From positions 652-64,651 of the forward strand of contig JAVBOD010000006.1 of assembly GCA_031551045.1 (NCBI GenBank): a stretch of 64,000 nucleotides of DNA, read 5' to 3'. Shown one piece after another: positions 39,050 through 48,322 of the stretch. Below the pieces are notes generated by a model. It saw only the letters and a program-made list of their open reading frames with translations, had not been told where the DNA came from and did not search any database. Origin of the DNA: Bacteroidales bacterium. Lineage in GTDB: Bacteria; Bacteroidota; Bacteroidia; Bacteroidales; UBA932. The stretch's first letter is position 1; every line of letters starts with the position of its first letter. Made by a program: the position numbers and the translations under genes.

Positions 39050-39685
39050 ATGACAACAATTCAAAATTCGGAAGATATTAAACACATCAGGAAATTGATG
39101 GAACGCTCATCGAAATTCATGGCCTTGAGCGGCTGGTCGATATTTGCAGCAGGCGTAATGGCGTTAATCGGCACCGCCGTGGCGCGTTTTTTTGTCTTGA
39201 GCAACGGAGCCGTGCGTTACGACGAATATATGCGGGGCGTGGGAACGTCCGTCGGCCAGCCGATTCGCACGAAAATGATTTTGTTGGCAGCAGGAGTACT
39301 GTTTTGTGCCATCATGGCAACTTATTATTTCATTGCCCGGAAAGCAAAAAAAGCCGGGCAAAAAGTATGGACGCTTTCGGCACGGCGTACACTTATACAT
39401 TTTTGTATTCCGTTTATAACCGGCGGTATTTTTTGTATAGCCCTGCTGCTTCACGGGCACATCCAGTTTTTGGCGTCGGCCATGCTTATTTTCTACGGAT
39501 TGGCTTTGGTAAGCGCCGGTAAATTTACCATCCCCGAAATTCACTATTTAGGCTTATGCGAAATAGTATTAGGCTTGTTGGACGCCTTCTTTTTCGGTCA
39601 CAGCCTGTTGTTTTGGGTACTGGGATTCGGCATTGCCAACGTGGTGGCCGGATTAATTATTTATTTTAACTACGACCGGAAATGA
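39050..39685 (+). CDS. polytopic membrane protein of unknown function
   Basis: 211 aa from the ATG at 39050 (track start 38999 is TTG). If transcription initiates from the -7-like box at 39040, the start would be the ATG at 39098 (MERSSKF...). About 5 TM segments. The stop overlaps the next gene's start (ATGA). Confidence 0.6.
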   Translation: MTTIQNSEDIKHIRKLMERSSKFMALSGWSIFAAGVMALIGTAVARFFVLSNGAVRYDEYMRGVGTSVGQPIRTKMILLAAGVLFCAIMATYYFIARKAKKAGQKVWTLSARRTLIHFCIPFITGGIFCIALLLHGHIQFLASAMLIFYGLALVSAGKFTIPEIHYLGLCEIVLGLLDAFFFGHSLLFWVLGFGIANVVAGLIIYFNYDRK

Positions 39686-39981
39686 AAAATATTATTTCGG
39701 GCTTAAATAAAGTGTTCGATAACCGCATCCGGTTGGGGATTATGGCGGTGTTGTCGGTCAACGACAGCCTTTCGTTCAACGAATTGAAAGAGCTGCTGGA
39801 AATTACCGACGGGAATTTGGCGACCCACATCAAAGCGCTTGAGAGCAATGGCCTGGTGGGAAGCCACAAACAATTTATCGGTAAAAAACCGAATACATCC
39901 TATTCTATAACCAAATTGGGCGAAAAATTATTTCAGCAACACCTGAAAGCCTTGGAAGACTTAATGAACATACAACAATAA
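39682..39981 (+). CDS. small winged-helix transcriptional regulator
   Basis: 99 aa. LSFNELKELLEITDGNLATHIKALESNGLV is a typical wHTH recognition region (ArsR/PadR-like fold). Confidence 0.75.
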   Translation: MKNIISGLNKVFDNRIRLGIMAVLSVNDSLSFNELKELLEITDGNLATHIKALESNGLVGSHKQFIGKKPNTSYSITKLGEKLFQQHLKALEDLMNIQQ

Positions 39982-39993
39982 TTTTTTTATCTA

Positions 39994-40019
39994 TTTACTT
40001 TGAAAATAAAAGTACTTTT
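39994..40019 (+). promoter_or_regulatory. 26-nt conserved box, copy 2 (candidate promoter/operator of creD)
   Basis: TTTACTTTGAAAATAAAAGTACTTTT lies in the 66-nt gap between the regulator stop and the creD ATG. It is 23/26 identical to copy 1. Confidence 0.5.
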
Positions 40020-40047
40020 AAATTATAAAATAAAAAATTAAACAATT

Positions 40048-41406
40048 ATGGAAACACCCAACAACCCTATTCAATCCCTGTGGTCGAAAGTGACCGGCAG
40101 CATTACCTTCAAAGCGATCTCTATCGGCGTGCTCACGCTGCTCTTGCTTATTCCCATTGTCATGGTACAAAATTTGATTTTCGAACGCGAGTCGGCCAGC
40201 CGTTCCGTCGTGCAAGAAGTGAGTTCGAAGTGGGGCGATGCGCAGACCTTAACCGGCCCCATTATTAAAGTCCCCTACAAGTACACCTATTCCAAATCTA
40301 CCGGAACAAAAGGGGAAGTAGAAATAATAGAAGAATCGGACAATGCCTACTTCCTTCCTGAAGAATTGGGCATCAGAGCCACCATGGAGCCCGAAATTCT
40401 ACACCGGAGCATTTATAATGTGGTGGTGTATCAAGCGAAAATCAATGTACAAGGGCATTTCAAGCAGCCTAATTTCGAAGAGTTGAATGTGAAACCGACG
40501 GCTATCGATTGGCAAAACGCCTGCTTATACATAGGTATATCCGACATGCGTGGGATACGCAATAAAATGGCTTTCGTTTGGAATAATGAAATGCGCGAAA
40601 CGATGCCGGGGATTGAAGGTTCATCCCTTTTGCCATCGGGTGTGACGATTAAATTACCCTTGCAAGCAACGGCTTCGCCCGATATGGAATATCCCTTCAG
40701 CTATGAATTACTGCTCAACGGAAGCGAAGGCTTGGCGTTTACGCCGGTGGGAAAAACCACTAAAGTAGCCGTAGTATCTCCTTGGAACGCTCCCAGTTTC
40801 GACGGCGCTTTTCTGCCCGACAACCGTAACATTACAAATACCGGATTTACGGCCGATTGGAGCGTATTTAACTACAACCGGAATTTCCCGCAAGCATGGG
40901 TGGGGGCGCTGTCTTCGTTAGAGTCTGCCGACTTCGGAGTGAATCTTATTTTACCGGTTGACCATTATCAAAAGTCGATGCGTGCCGTGAAATACGCGAT
41001 ATTATTCATTGCTCTCACATTCCTGGCATTTTTCCTGGTTGAGTTGATTAGCCGCAAGCGTATTCACGTCATGCAATACCTCTTGGTAAGCATCGGGTTG
41101 ATTCTTTTCTACAGCTTGCTGGTGGCATTCTCGGAGCAAATGAGTTTCTGGTTGGCCTACCTTATTTCGGCAACAGCTATTGTTATTTTGATAACCAGTT
41201 ATTCCTATTCCATTTTCAAAAAAGCAAAACAAACAATGTTGATTGGCTCGTTGTTCACGGTATTATACATTTTCCTGTATGTGATTTTGCAACTCGAAGA
41301 TTTGGCGTTACTCATCGGAAGTATCGGCTTGTTTATTGCTTTGGCGGTAATCATGTACGCTTCACGAAAAGTAAACTGGTTTCAAGGTAAAGAAGAAAAT
41401 AATTAA
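40048..41406 (+). CDS. creD: inner-membrane protein CreD
   Basis: 452 aa. N-terminal TM helix, large periplasmic domain and a C-terminal cluster of ~5 TM helices. Overall architecture and conserved GPIIKVPY-type segment as in CreD. Confidence 0.8.
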   Translation: METPNNPIQSLWSKVTGSITFKAISIGVLTLLLLIPIVMVQNLIFERESASRSVVQEVSSKWGDAQTLTGPIIKVPYKYTYSKSTGTKGEVEIIEESDNAYFLPEELGIRATMEPEILHRSIYNVVVYQAKINVQGHFKQPNFEELNVKPTAIDWQNACLYIGISDMRGIRNKMAFVWNNEMRETMPGIEGSSLLPSGVTIKLPLQATASPDMEYPFSYELLLNGSEGLAFTPVGKTTKVAVVSPWNAPSFDGAFLPDNRNITNTGFTADWSVFNYNRNFPQAWVGALSSLESADFGVNLILPVDHYQKSMRAVKYAILFIALTFLAFFLVELISRKRIHVMQYLLVSIGLILFYSLLVAFSEQMSFWLAYLISATAIVILITSYSYSIFKKAKQTMLIGSLFTVLYIFLYVILQLEDLALLIGSIGLFIALAVIMYASRKVNWFQGKEENN

Positions 41407-41424
41407 TGATAAAATGATTGAATT

Positions 41425-41784
41425 ATGACTAAACAAAACGAACTGTTAGGACACATCCTGTCTGACAATTTTTTTAGAAAACGTGTATTGCAAGGCGCCG
41501 GCATTGCGCTCGTACTGATGATGCTGTTCCTGTTTTTTATTTTTGGGATTGCAGGAGTAGTGAGTGGGAAAAATTGGGGGCAAGCTCTTTGGGAGTTTTT
41601 TCCGCTCCTCACGGTAACTCTTGGCGGAGCTTCCGGCGGATTCATTTATTACTTGTTGGTGCATGTGTGGTCGCCGAGCGGATGGAAGAAAGGCTTGGCC
41701 ATCGGCCTAAGTATAGTAATTTATATCGCCATCACGTACTGTTGCCTGATAATCGGATTCAGCGCCACAGGGCACTGGGATTGA
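41425..41784 (+). CDS. small membrane protein of unknown function
   Basis: 119 aa with 3-4 TM segments, 18 nt after creD. Confidence 0.5.
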   Translation: MTKQNELLGHILSDNFFRKRVLQGAGIALVLMMLFLFFIFGIAGVVSGKNWGQALWEFFPLLTVTLGGASGGFIYYLLVHVWSPSGWKKGLAIGLSIVIYIAITYCCLIIGFSATGHWD

Positions 41785-41839
41785 CCGGTTATTCCTGACT
41801 GTTGTTGATTTCTATCCAGTAATATATTTCTTGATCTTT

Positions 41840-41887
41840 TGAGCGAAGCGAAGAATCTGTGGAAGTACAGATTCTTCGCTTCGCTCA
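41840..41887. repeat. family B hairpin (21-nt perfect stem, 6-nt loop); likely also a bidirectional terminator
   Basis: TGAGCGAAGCGAAGAATCTGT-GGAAGT-ACAGATTCTTCGCTTCGCTCA between the convergent genes ending at 41784 and 41971. Followed by AGATTGCTTTCCCGCCTTGCGGG (41921), as in the 4650 copy. Confidence 0.8.
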
Positions 41888-41970
41888 GAATGTTAATGTT
41901 CTGCTCTACTGTTCACAGTATTAGATTGCTTTCCCGCCTTGCGGGAGTCCGCTACCGTCCACTGTTGCTA

Positions 41971-43419
41971 TTATCTCCAACTTTTAGCAAAGAAGAAAAT
42001 GAGTAACCCGTATATTTCTAAGCGGCCTAACAGCATTTCTACGGATAGCAACGCTTTTGCCAAAAACGGCATCGAAGAATAATTACCGAGTGAACCTATG
42101 CTATCGCCGAATCCCGGCCCGACATTGGCCATACACGAGGCCGAGGCGGAAAAACTGTCCATGATATTCAAATCCAGCAGCGTGAGAATGACTGCTACCA
42201 GAAAAACAATAAAAATATAGGTTGCCGTATAAAGTATGACACCTGCCGTTACATCGGATTCCAAGGTTGCGCCGTTCATGCGTACAGGAACGACAGCATT
42301 CGGGTGTTGTAGCTTGCGCACTTGTGCTTGCATACTTTTGAACAAAATTAAAAACCTGTCGGCCTTCAATCCGCCGGAGGTGGAGCCGGCACAAGCACAT
42401 TGAAACATAAAGTAGAACAAGACCAGGACGGAAAAACTCGGCCATATGGAAGTATCGGCGGTAGCAAATCCGGTGGTGGTACATAGGGATACTACTTGGA
42501 AAGACGCTAAACGCAGCGCTTTGGGCCAAGCATAAGCCGCTTCGCTCCAGTGCAGGTTGCAGGCCACAAAGACAATACCTATCAACGTCGAGAAAAAATA
42601 AAATTTCACAATCGTAGAATGAAGAAACGTACGCATATGCCCGGTAACGGCCAAAAATATCAAACCGAAATGCAAGCCGGAGATAAACATAAACACGGTG
42701 ATAATTACTTCTATCCAAACGTTATCAAAACCCAGTACGCTTAAATTACGGGTGCTGAATCCACCTGTGGAAATCGTGCTGAATGCATGGTTGACGGCAT
42801 CGAAAAGATTCATCCCGGCCAGCCACAATAATATTGTAGTAACAAAGGTAAGGGTTAAATAAACCCAGGTGATAATGCGAATGGTTTGCTGTGTGCGGAA
42901 TTTGAAACTACTTTTCGACAGGGAAGACATCTCTAATTTTGCCAACCGTTGCTTAAGGTTGCGCATCGTAGGAAGAATAAGCAACATGCAAATGATAATC
43001 CCGATACCACCCAACCAGTGGGTACACGAACGCCAGAACAATAATCCATGGGGAATGGCTTCCACATCTGTCAGAATAGTGGCGCCGGTACCGGAAAATC
43101 CCGACACGCTCTCGAACCACGCATTAATAAACGTAAATTCTCCTCCCCACAATAAATAAGGAAGCATGCCGAAAGTGCAAGTCGCAATCCATGCCAGAAA
43201 GACAATAACATAACCTTCTTTCGTAGATATTTCGGTAGGTGCCGGCACAAATACCAAAGGAAATATGCCCACGGTGGCGCAAATAAATGTACTGAGCAGG
43301 AGGGGAGAAAAAGAGGAATCGGCCTGATAACACAATGAAACAATGGCCGATAAAAACATTAAAAAGGCGCTTACCAGTAATACAAAACCGGTGTAACGTA
43401 CGACAACCTGCAGTCTCAT
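41971..43419 (-). CDS. trkH: TrkH-family potassium uptake protein
   Basis: 482 aa, polytopic, with repeated selectivity-filter-like GFSGTGA / TGGFST / TTGFAT / NVGPGFG motifs. Confidence 0.9.
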   Translation of the reverse strand: MRLQVVVRYTGFVLLVSAFLMFLSAIVSLCYQADSSFSPLLLSTFICATVGIFPLVFVPAPTEISTKEGYVIVFLAWIATCTFGMLPYLLWGGEFTFINAWFESVSGFSGTGATILTDVEAIPHGLLFWRSCTHWLGGIGIIICMLLILPTMRNLKQRLAKLEMSSLSKSSFKFRTQQTIRIITWVYLTLTFVTTILLWLAGMNLFDAVNHAFSTISTGGFSTRNLSVLGFDNVWIEVIITVFMFISGLHFGLIFLAVTGHMRTFLHSTIVKFYFFSTLIGIVFVACNLHWSEAAYAWPKALRLASFQVVSLCTTTGFATADTSIWPSFSVLVLFYFMFQCACAGSTSGGLKADRFLILFKSMQAQVRKLQHPNAVVPVRMNGATLESDVTAGVILYTATYIFIVFLVAVILTLLDLNIMDSFSASASCMANVGPGFGDSIGSLGNYSSMPFLAKALLSVEMLLGRLEIYGLLIFFFAKSWR

Positions 43420-44189
43420 TGTTGCTTGCTTTTTGCTAAACTCTTGTATTCGCTAATCAATGTTTTGATGGCATGGTTCAGTTCCTGAATCTCATCCTCG
43501 TTTTCGGCTTCTACAGTATAGGGAATACGATTGGAGAGATAGGCATTGACACCTTTTGTAATACGTAAGACAGGCGTTACAATGTATAGATTGATGAAAT
43601 AGTTGAACAGGATGACTAATAAAATACCGGCACAAGTGGCAATAACGCCGGGCATGATAGAACGGTAGAACCCGCTCTCTATTTCTTGCGAGTTCTTTTC
43701 TAAAGCTCGTTGACTCATTTCCATGGTGTGTTCTAAAAGATCATGAAGTTGTATATAGGCCGGCCGAAATCTATTGGAAATCCAATTCGTGCGTATGTTT
43801 TCGGAATATCCCCATATTCCGGGAGCCTCTTCCACCACGGCTATATAGAGATCATAAGCGTTATATAAGCTATCTAATAAGCTGGAATAATTGATGCTTA
43901 AATGGCTGTTATTGAGTTTTTCAAAATAGTCTTCATGGAACTTTTCGTGCTTCGCAAAAAAAGAGGTGTCAAGAGTCTCTGCTTGTAAATTTTTTAATAA
44001 TAAATCCGCATAATTCGCCACATCCGTTTCAATTCTTTTTGTATTTAAAAGGGCGTCCACATTATCGGAGAGGACTCCCGATACCTTGTCGCGCATCCGG
44101 GTTACTTCAAAAATAGACACTAAGCCGGAGAGGAACAGAATAAATCCAACAACGATAAACCCGAATAAAACCTTTCTATGAATACCCAT
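43416..44189 (-). CDS. membrane sensor-like protein: periplasmic four-helix-bundle-like domain plus HAMP, no output domain
   Basis: 257 aa from the ATG at 44189. TM1 (VLFGFIVVGFILFLSGLV), a ~150-aa helical periplasmic region, TM2, then a HAMP-like TPVLRITKGVNAYL...NEDEIQELNHAIKTL. The protein ends there. Its stop overlaps the trkH start (ATGA). Confidence 0.6.
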   Translation of the reverse strand: MGIHRKVLFGFIVVGFILFLSGLVSIFEVTRMRDKVSGVLSDNVDALLNTKRIETDVANYADLLLKNLQAETLDTSFFAKHEKFHEDYFEKLNNSHLSINYSSLLDSLYNAYDLYIAVVEEAPGIWGYSENIRTNWISNRFRPAYIQLHDLLEHTMEMSQRALEKNSQEIESGFYRSIMPGVIATCAGILLVILFNYFINLYIVTPVLRITKGVNAYLSNRIPYTVEAENEDEIQELNHAIKTLISEYKSLAKSKQQ

Positions 44190-44269
44190 AATATTATTAA
44201 TTTTATGCAAACATAGTTATTCTTTTAGAAAAAATAGAAAGTAACACTTTTTGAAACATTTTCATTTTT

Positions 44270-45673
44270 TTATTGCTTCTCCGCCAAGACCACATTTTCC
44301 ACGTGATGCGTGTGGGGAAACATATCCACCGGTTGTATTTTCCTGATTGCATACATGCCGGAAAGCAGCGCCAAATCGCGCGCTTGCGTGGCCGGATTGC
44401 AACTTACATACACAATGCGCGGCGCCGCTACGCGCAGTAGCACCTTTGCAATGTCGGGATGGATACCGGCGCGCGGCGGATCTAAAATCACCACATCGGG
44501 AGCACCGTGTGTAGTGACGAACGCTTCGGTGAAAATGTCTTTCATATCGCCGGCGAAGAAAGCAGTGTTCGCAAGTTGGTTGCGTGCTGCGTTATCTTTG
44601 GCATCGGCAATGGCTTCGGGCACATATTCAACGCCCACCACTTTTTTGGCTTGGTGTGCCACAAAGTTTGCAATAGTGCCCGTTCCGGTGTATAAATCAT
44701 ACACCGTTTCGTTTCCGGTAAGTTGTGCAAACTCGCGCGCCACGCTGTATAGCCGGTAGGCCTGTGCTGAATTGGTCTGGTAAAACGACTTCGGCCCGAT
44801 TTTAAACCGCAGGTCTTCCATGCGTTCTTCTATATAATCGCGACCGGCGAAAAGATGTACGGGCAAGTCGGAAATAGTGTCGTTGCGCTTGCCGTTTATC
44901 ACATACATCAGCGAGGTGATTTGCGGAAACGCCTGTTGAATATGTGTCATCAGCAGTGTGCGAGCCGGTTCGTCGTCATACGCAAATACCACAATCACCA
45001 TCACTTCGCCCGTGGAACTGCTACGGATAATGAGATTACGCAGTAAACCCGTTTGTTGACGCAAATCAAAAAACGGTAATCGATGCTTGATGGCAAAGGC
45101 TTTTACGGCTAAGCGGATAGCGTTCGACGGTTCGGCTTGCAGATAGCAGGTGCGGATATCGAGCACCTTGTCGAATAGGCCGGGAATGTGGAATCCCAGC
45201 GCATCGCGGTCGGTAATGGTATCGGCGCGGCCAATTTCTTCCTTGGTCATCCAGCGGCTGCACGAAAAGGTAAATTCCAATTTATTACGGTAGTGTGTCG
45301 TTTGTTCCGATCCGATAATCGGCATTATTTCCGGTAATACTAAATTTCCGATACGGCTTAGCTGCTCTTGCACTTGTTGTTGTTTATAGTGTAATTGCAA
45401 AGAGTAGGGCAGGTGCTGCCATTTACATCCGCCGCAGATACCGAAATGTTCACAGAAAGGCGCTATCCGGTTGTCGGACGGTTTCACGAGCTTGGTCACG
45501 AAACCTTCCATAAAACTGCTCCGCTTGTTAGTTACTTGTACGTTTACAATGTCGCCGGGAACAGCCTGCGGAACAAACAATACTTTCCCGTCAACACGGG
45601 CAACCGCTTTGCCTTCGGCGGCAACGCCGGTGATAAGAACGTTTTCTAATAAGGGTTTCGGATGTCTCGCCAT
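44270..45673 (-). CDS. rlmD: 23S rRNA (uracil1939-C5)-methyltransferase RlmD/RumA
   Basis: TRAM N-terminal domain, Fe-S cysteines (CEHFGICGGCKWQH), SAM motif DLYTGTGTIA and catalytic VYVSCNPATQARD. The ATG at 45673 is preferred over 45709. Confidence 0.9.
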   Translation of the reverse strand: MARHPKPLLENVLITGVAAEGKAVARVDGKVLFVPQAVPGDIVNVQVTNKRSSFMEGFVTKLVKPSDNRIAPFCEHFGICGGCKWQHLPYSLQLHYKQQQVQEQLSRIGNLVLPEIMPIIGSEQTTHYRNKLEFTFSCSRWMTKEEIGRADTITDRDALGFHIPGLFDKVLDIRTCYLQAEPSNAIRLAVKAFAIKHRLPFFDLRQQTGLLRNLIIRSSSTGEVMVIVVFAYDDEPARTLLMTHIQQAFPQITSLMYVINGKRNDTISDLPVHLFAGRDYIEERMEDLRFKIGPKSFYQTNSAQAYRLYSVAREFAQLTGNETVYDLYTGTGTIANFVAHQAKKVVGVEYVPEAIADAKDNAARNQLANTAFFAGDMKDIFTEAFVTTHGAPDVVILDPPRAGIHPDIAKVLLRVAAPRIVYVSCNPATQARDLALLSGMYAIRKIQPVDMFPHTHHVENVVLAEKQ

Positions 45674-45819
45674 TGTTAATTTTTTAAAATACTTTGCAAA
45701 GATGCGCATTTTTTATAAATTTGTGATTGGTTATTTTTGTGTTGTTCTGTGCGAAGTAATCTGTAATTTTGAATACCTGATATTAGATATCGGATTTTAG
45801 ACATTTATCCATGGAATTT

Positions 45820-45844
45820 GTCATTCTGAGCGAAACGAAGAATC
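45820..45844. repeat. solo arm of family B repeat
   Basis: GTCATTCTGAGCGAAACGAAGAATC, preceded by GGAATTT as at 4643. Confidence 0.8.
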
Positions 45845-45909
45845 TGTGGTTTTAGATGTCAGATAGTAGATGCCGGATGCTATATATTGGATATTTGTTG
45901 GCGAGGCTT

Positions 45910-45932
45910 GTCATTCTGAGCAAAGCGAAGAA
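45910..45932. repeat. solo arm of family B repeat (truncated)
   Basis: GTCATTCTGAGCAAAGCGAAGAA, in the same orientation as the copy 90 nt upstream. Confidence 0.75.
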
Positions 45933-45964
45933 CGACAAACAAGTAAAATAGATTGTAAAAAATA

Positions 45965-48274
45965 ATGTCATCATCATTAAATATAAAAGAGTTGGATTTT
46001 TGCGCGCACTTTCCTGCGGCAGACCAGGCGCTTATTGGCCGGGCATACGCTACAGCGGTAGATGCGTTAAAAAACCGTACGCGCGAAAACGGCGATCCTT
46101 TCGTGTTTCACGCATTAGCGGTGGCGCGCATGGCGGTCGAGGAAATGGGTTTGATGCCGTCGGTAGTGGCAGCTATTTTTCTGCACGAAGCTTTTCCGCT
46201 GAATAAGGACGAGAAAGCGGAAATGGAAGCGCGGCGCAATACGGGCAAAAGAGAAAGTAAAGAAAAAACAGCTTCGAAAGCGCTGAGCAATCAGGAGTGG
46301 CAGGAATGGTTAGATAAGGAAAGTAAACGTAAACGACAATTGATTGCCGCCATTGCAAAACAATACGGCGACGAAATTGCGCTGATGGTGCAGAGCCTGA
46401 ATAACATTGCCGAAATAGATCCTAAGAATACCAGCTTGCAAGCCGAAAATTTCCGTAAGCTCATTGTTTCCTATTCGCTGGACCCGCGCGTGACGATTGT
46501 AAAATTGTTAGACCGTTTGGAAGTAATGCGTTCGCTGCATTTCTTTCCAAAGTCGAAACAAGATAAAAAAGCGTTGGAAACGTCCTTATTGTATGTCCCG
46601 TTGGCGCATCAGTTGGGTTTGTATTATATAAAATCCGAGATGGAAGATTTGTCGATGAAGTTCATGCAACCCGATATGCACCGCCTCATTTCGAATAAGT
46701 TGAAAACAACAGTAGGCGAAAGGGAGCAATTTATCGCCGGCTTCATTAAGCCGATTGAAGAGGAATTGAAAAAGCAAGGTTTCCGTTACGAAATAAAAAG
46801 CCGTACAAAATCCGTTCATTCCATTTGGCAAAAAATGAAGGCGCAGAAAGTGGATTTCGAAGGGGTGTATGATGTTTTTGCCATTCGCATTATCCTCGAA
46901 ACGCCGCTCGAGCGCGAGAAAAGCGACTGCTGGAAAGTTTTTTCCATGGTGACGGATTGTTACGAACAGGACGCGAAGCGGATGCGCGACTGGCTTACGG
47001 TGCCGCGCCCCAGCGGCTACGAATCCTTACATGCTACGGTAAAAGTTCCTGATGGAAAAATGGTGGAAGTGCAAATCCGCAGTACGCGGATGGACGATAT
47101 TGCCGAACGCGGCTCTGCCGCACACTGGCGCTATAAAGGAGTGAAGCAGGAGCAGGGATTGCAGGCGTGGCTCGAGAATGTACGCCGTTTACTGGAGGCG
47201 CCCGAAGAAACGAACCCGGATGATGCGCGGAAATATTTTTCAGAATTTAAGTTGGACGAGGTAATTGTTTTTACGAAAGACGGCGATTTGCGGCGTTTAT
47301 CGTCGGGAGCGTCGGTACTCGATTTTGCGTTTGACGTGCATACCGGTCTCGGGCAAAAATGCGTGGGTGCTATTGTAAACGGCAAGAATGTTGCCATTAA
47401 AGAAAAATTGCATACGGGCGACGTGGTGGAAATTCTTACCTCGAAAAATCAAACGCCCAGCGAGGACTGGCTGAAGTGGACGGTGACCTCCAAGGCCCGC
47501 ACAAAGATTAAACAGCGCTTGCGCGAAGAAGCCGGCAAACAGGCGCAAACCGGCAAAGAAATTTTGGACCGGCGCATGAAAAACTGGAAGCTTAGCTTGA
47601 CGGACGAGCTGTTGGGTATCTTGTTGAAATACTTCAAATATAAACAAATCACCGATTTTTATACCGCTATTGCGGCCGGGAAAATTGATTTGGCCGATGT
47701 GAAAGAGCGTTTGTTAACTTGGCAGGAAACGCCCGAACCTGTCGAGCCCTCGTCACGGCCGGCCTCAAAACCCCTTGAAGAAAAAGCGGCCGATGCGTCC
47801 GATTATTTACTGATTGACGAACGGCTGAGCAATATGGGCTACAAATTGGCAAAATGCTGCAATCCCATATTCGGCGACGAGATTTTCGGTTTTGTCAGCG
47901 TGAAGGACGGTATTAAAATCCACCGGTTTTCGTGCCCCAATGCAAGCCGCCTGCTCGATAAGTATCCCTATCGCGTGCTGAAAGCCAAATGGCGGAACGA
48001 TGCGGCCACGAACGCTTTCCAAACCTTTATCAAAATCACGGGGTTTGATGAGCCGGGCCTCGTGAACGCCGTGGCCGAAGCGGTGTCCAAAGTGGGCGCT
48101 ACCTTGCGCGCTATCAACGTGGCCGAACGTTCCGGCACGTTCGACGGGCGGATTCAGGTGTCGGTAAACAGCCATAAACAGCTCGATTTATTATTATATC
48201 AATTGAAAAATATTCAAGGCATACAAAGAGTGATGCGCGTGGCTAACTACGAAAGGCGGGTGAAGAGAATATAG
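45965..48274 (+). CDS. rsh: long RelA/SpoT homologue with degenerate hydrolase motif (predicted synthetase-only, RelA-like)
   Basis: 769 aa. Synthetase motifs are intact (RTKSVHSIWQKM, GYESLHATV, VEVQIRSTRMDDIAERGSAAHWRYK). The HD signature reads LHEAFP instead of LHDVVED and is followed by a ~45-aa Lys/Glu-rich insertion. TGS and ACT-like domains are present. Confidence 0.9.
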   Translation: MSSSLNIKELDFCAHFPAADQALIGRAYATAVDALKNRTRENGDPFVFHALAVARMAVEEMGLMPSVVAAIFLHEAFPLNKDEKAEMEARRNTGKRESKEKTASKALSNQEWQEWLDKESKRKRQLIAAIAKQYGDEIALMVQSLNNIAEIDPKNTSLQAENFRKLIVSYSLDPRVTIVKLLDRLEVMRSLHFFPKSKQDKKALETSLLYVPLAHQLGLYYIKSEMEDLSMKFMQPDMHRLISNKLKTTVGEREQFIAGFIKPIEEELKKQGFRYEIKSRTKSVHSIWQKMKAQKVDFEGVYDVFAIRIILETPLEREKSDCWKVFSMVTDCYEQDAKRMRDWLTVPRPSGYESLHATVKVPDGKMVEVQIRSTRMDDIAERGSAAHWRYKGVKQEQGLQAWLENVRRLLEAPEETNPDDARKYFSEFKLDEVIVFTKDGDLRRLSSGASVLDFAFDVHTGLGQKCVGAIVNGKNVAIKEKLHTGDVVEILTSKNQTPSEDWLKWTVTSKARTKIKQRLREEAGKQAQTGKEILDRRMKNWKLSLTDELLGILLKYFKYKQITDFYTAIAAGKIDLADVKERLLTWQETPEPVEPSSRPASKPLEEKAADASDYLLIDERLSNMGYKLAKCCNPIFGDEIFGFVSVKDGIKIHRFSCPNASRLLDKYPYRVLKAKWRNDAATNAFQTFIKITGFDEPGLVNAVAEAVSKVGATLRAINVAERSGTFDGRIQVSVNSHKQLDLLLYQLKNIQGIQRVMRVANYERRVKRI

Positions 48275-48322
48275 GTATTAATTTTTTTGTGTTACGATAA
48301 CCATTATTTAACCAATATATCT

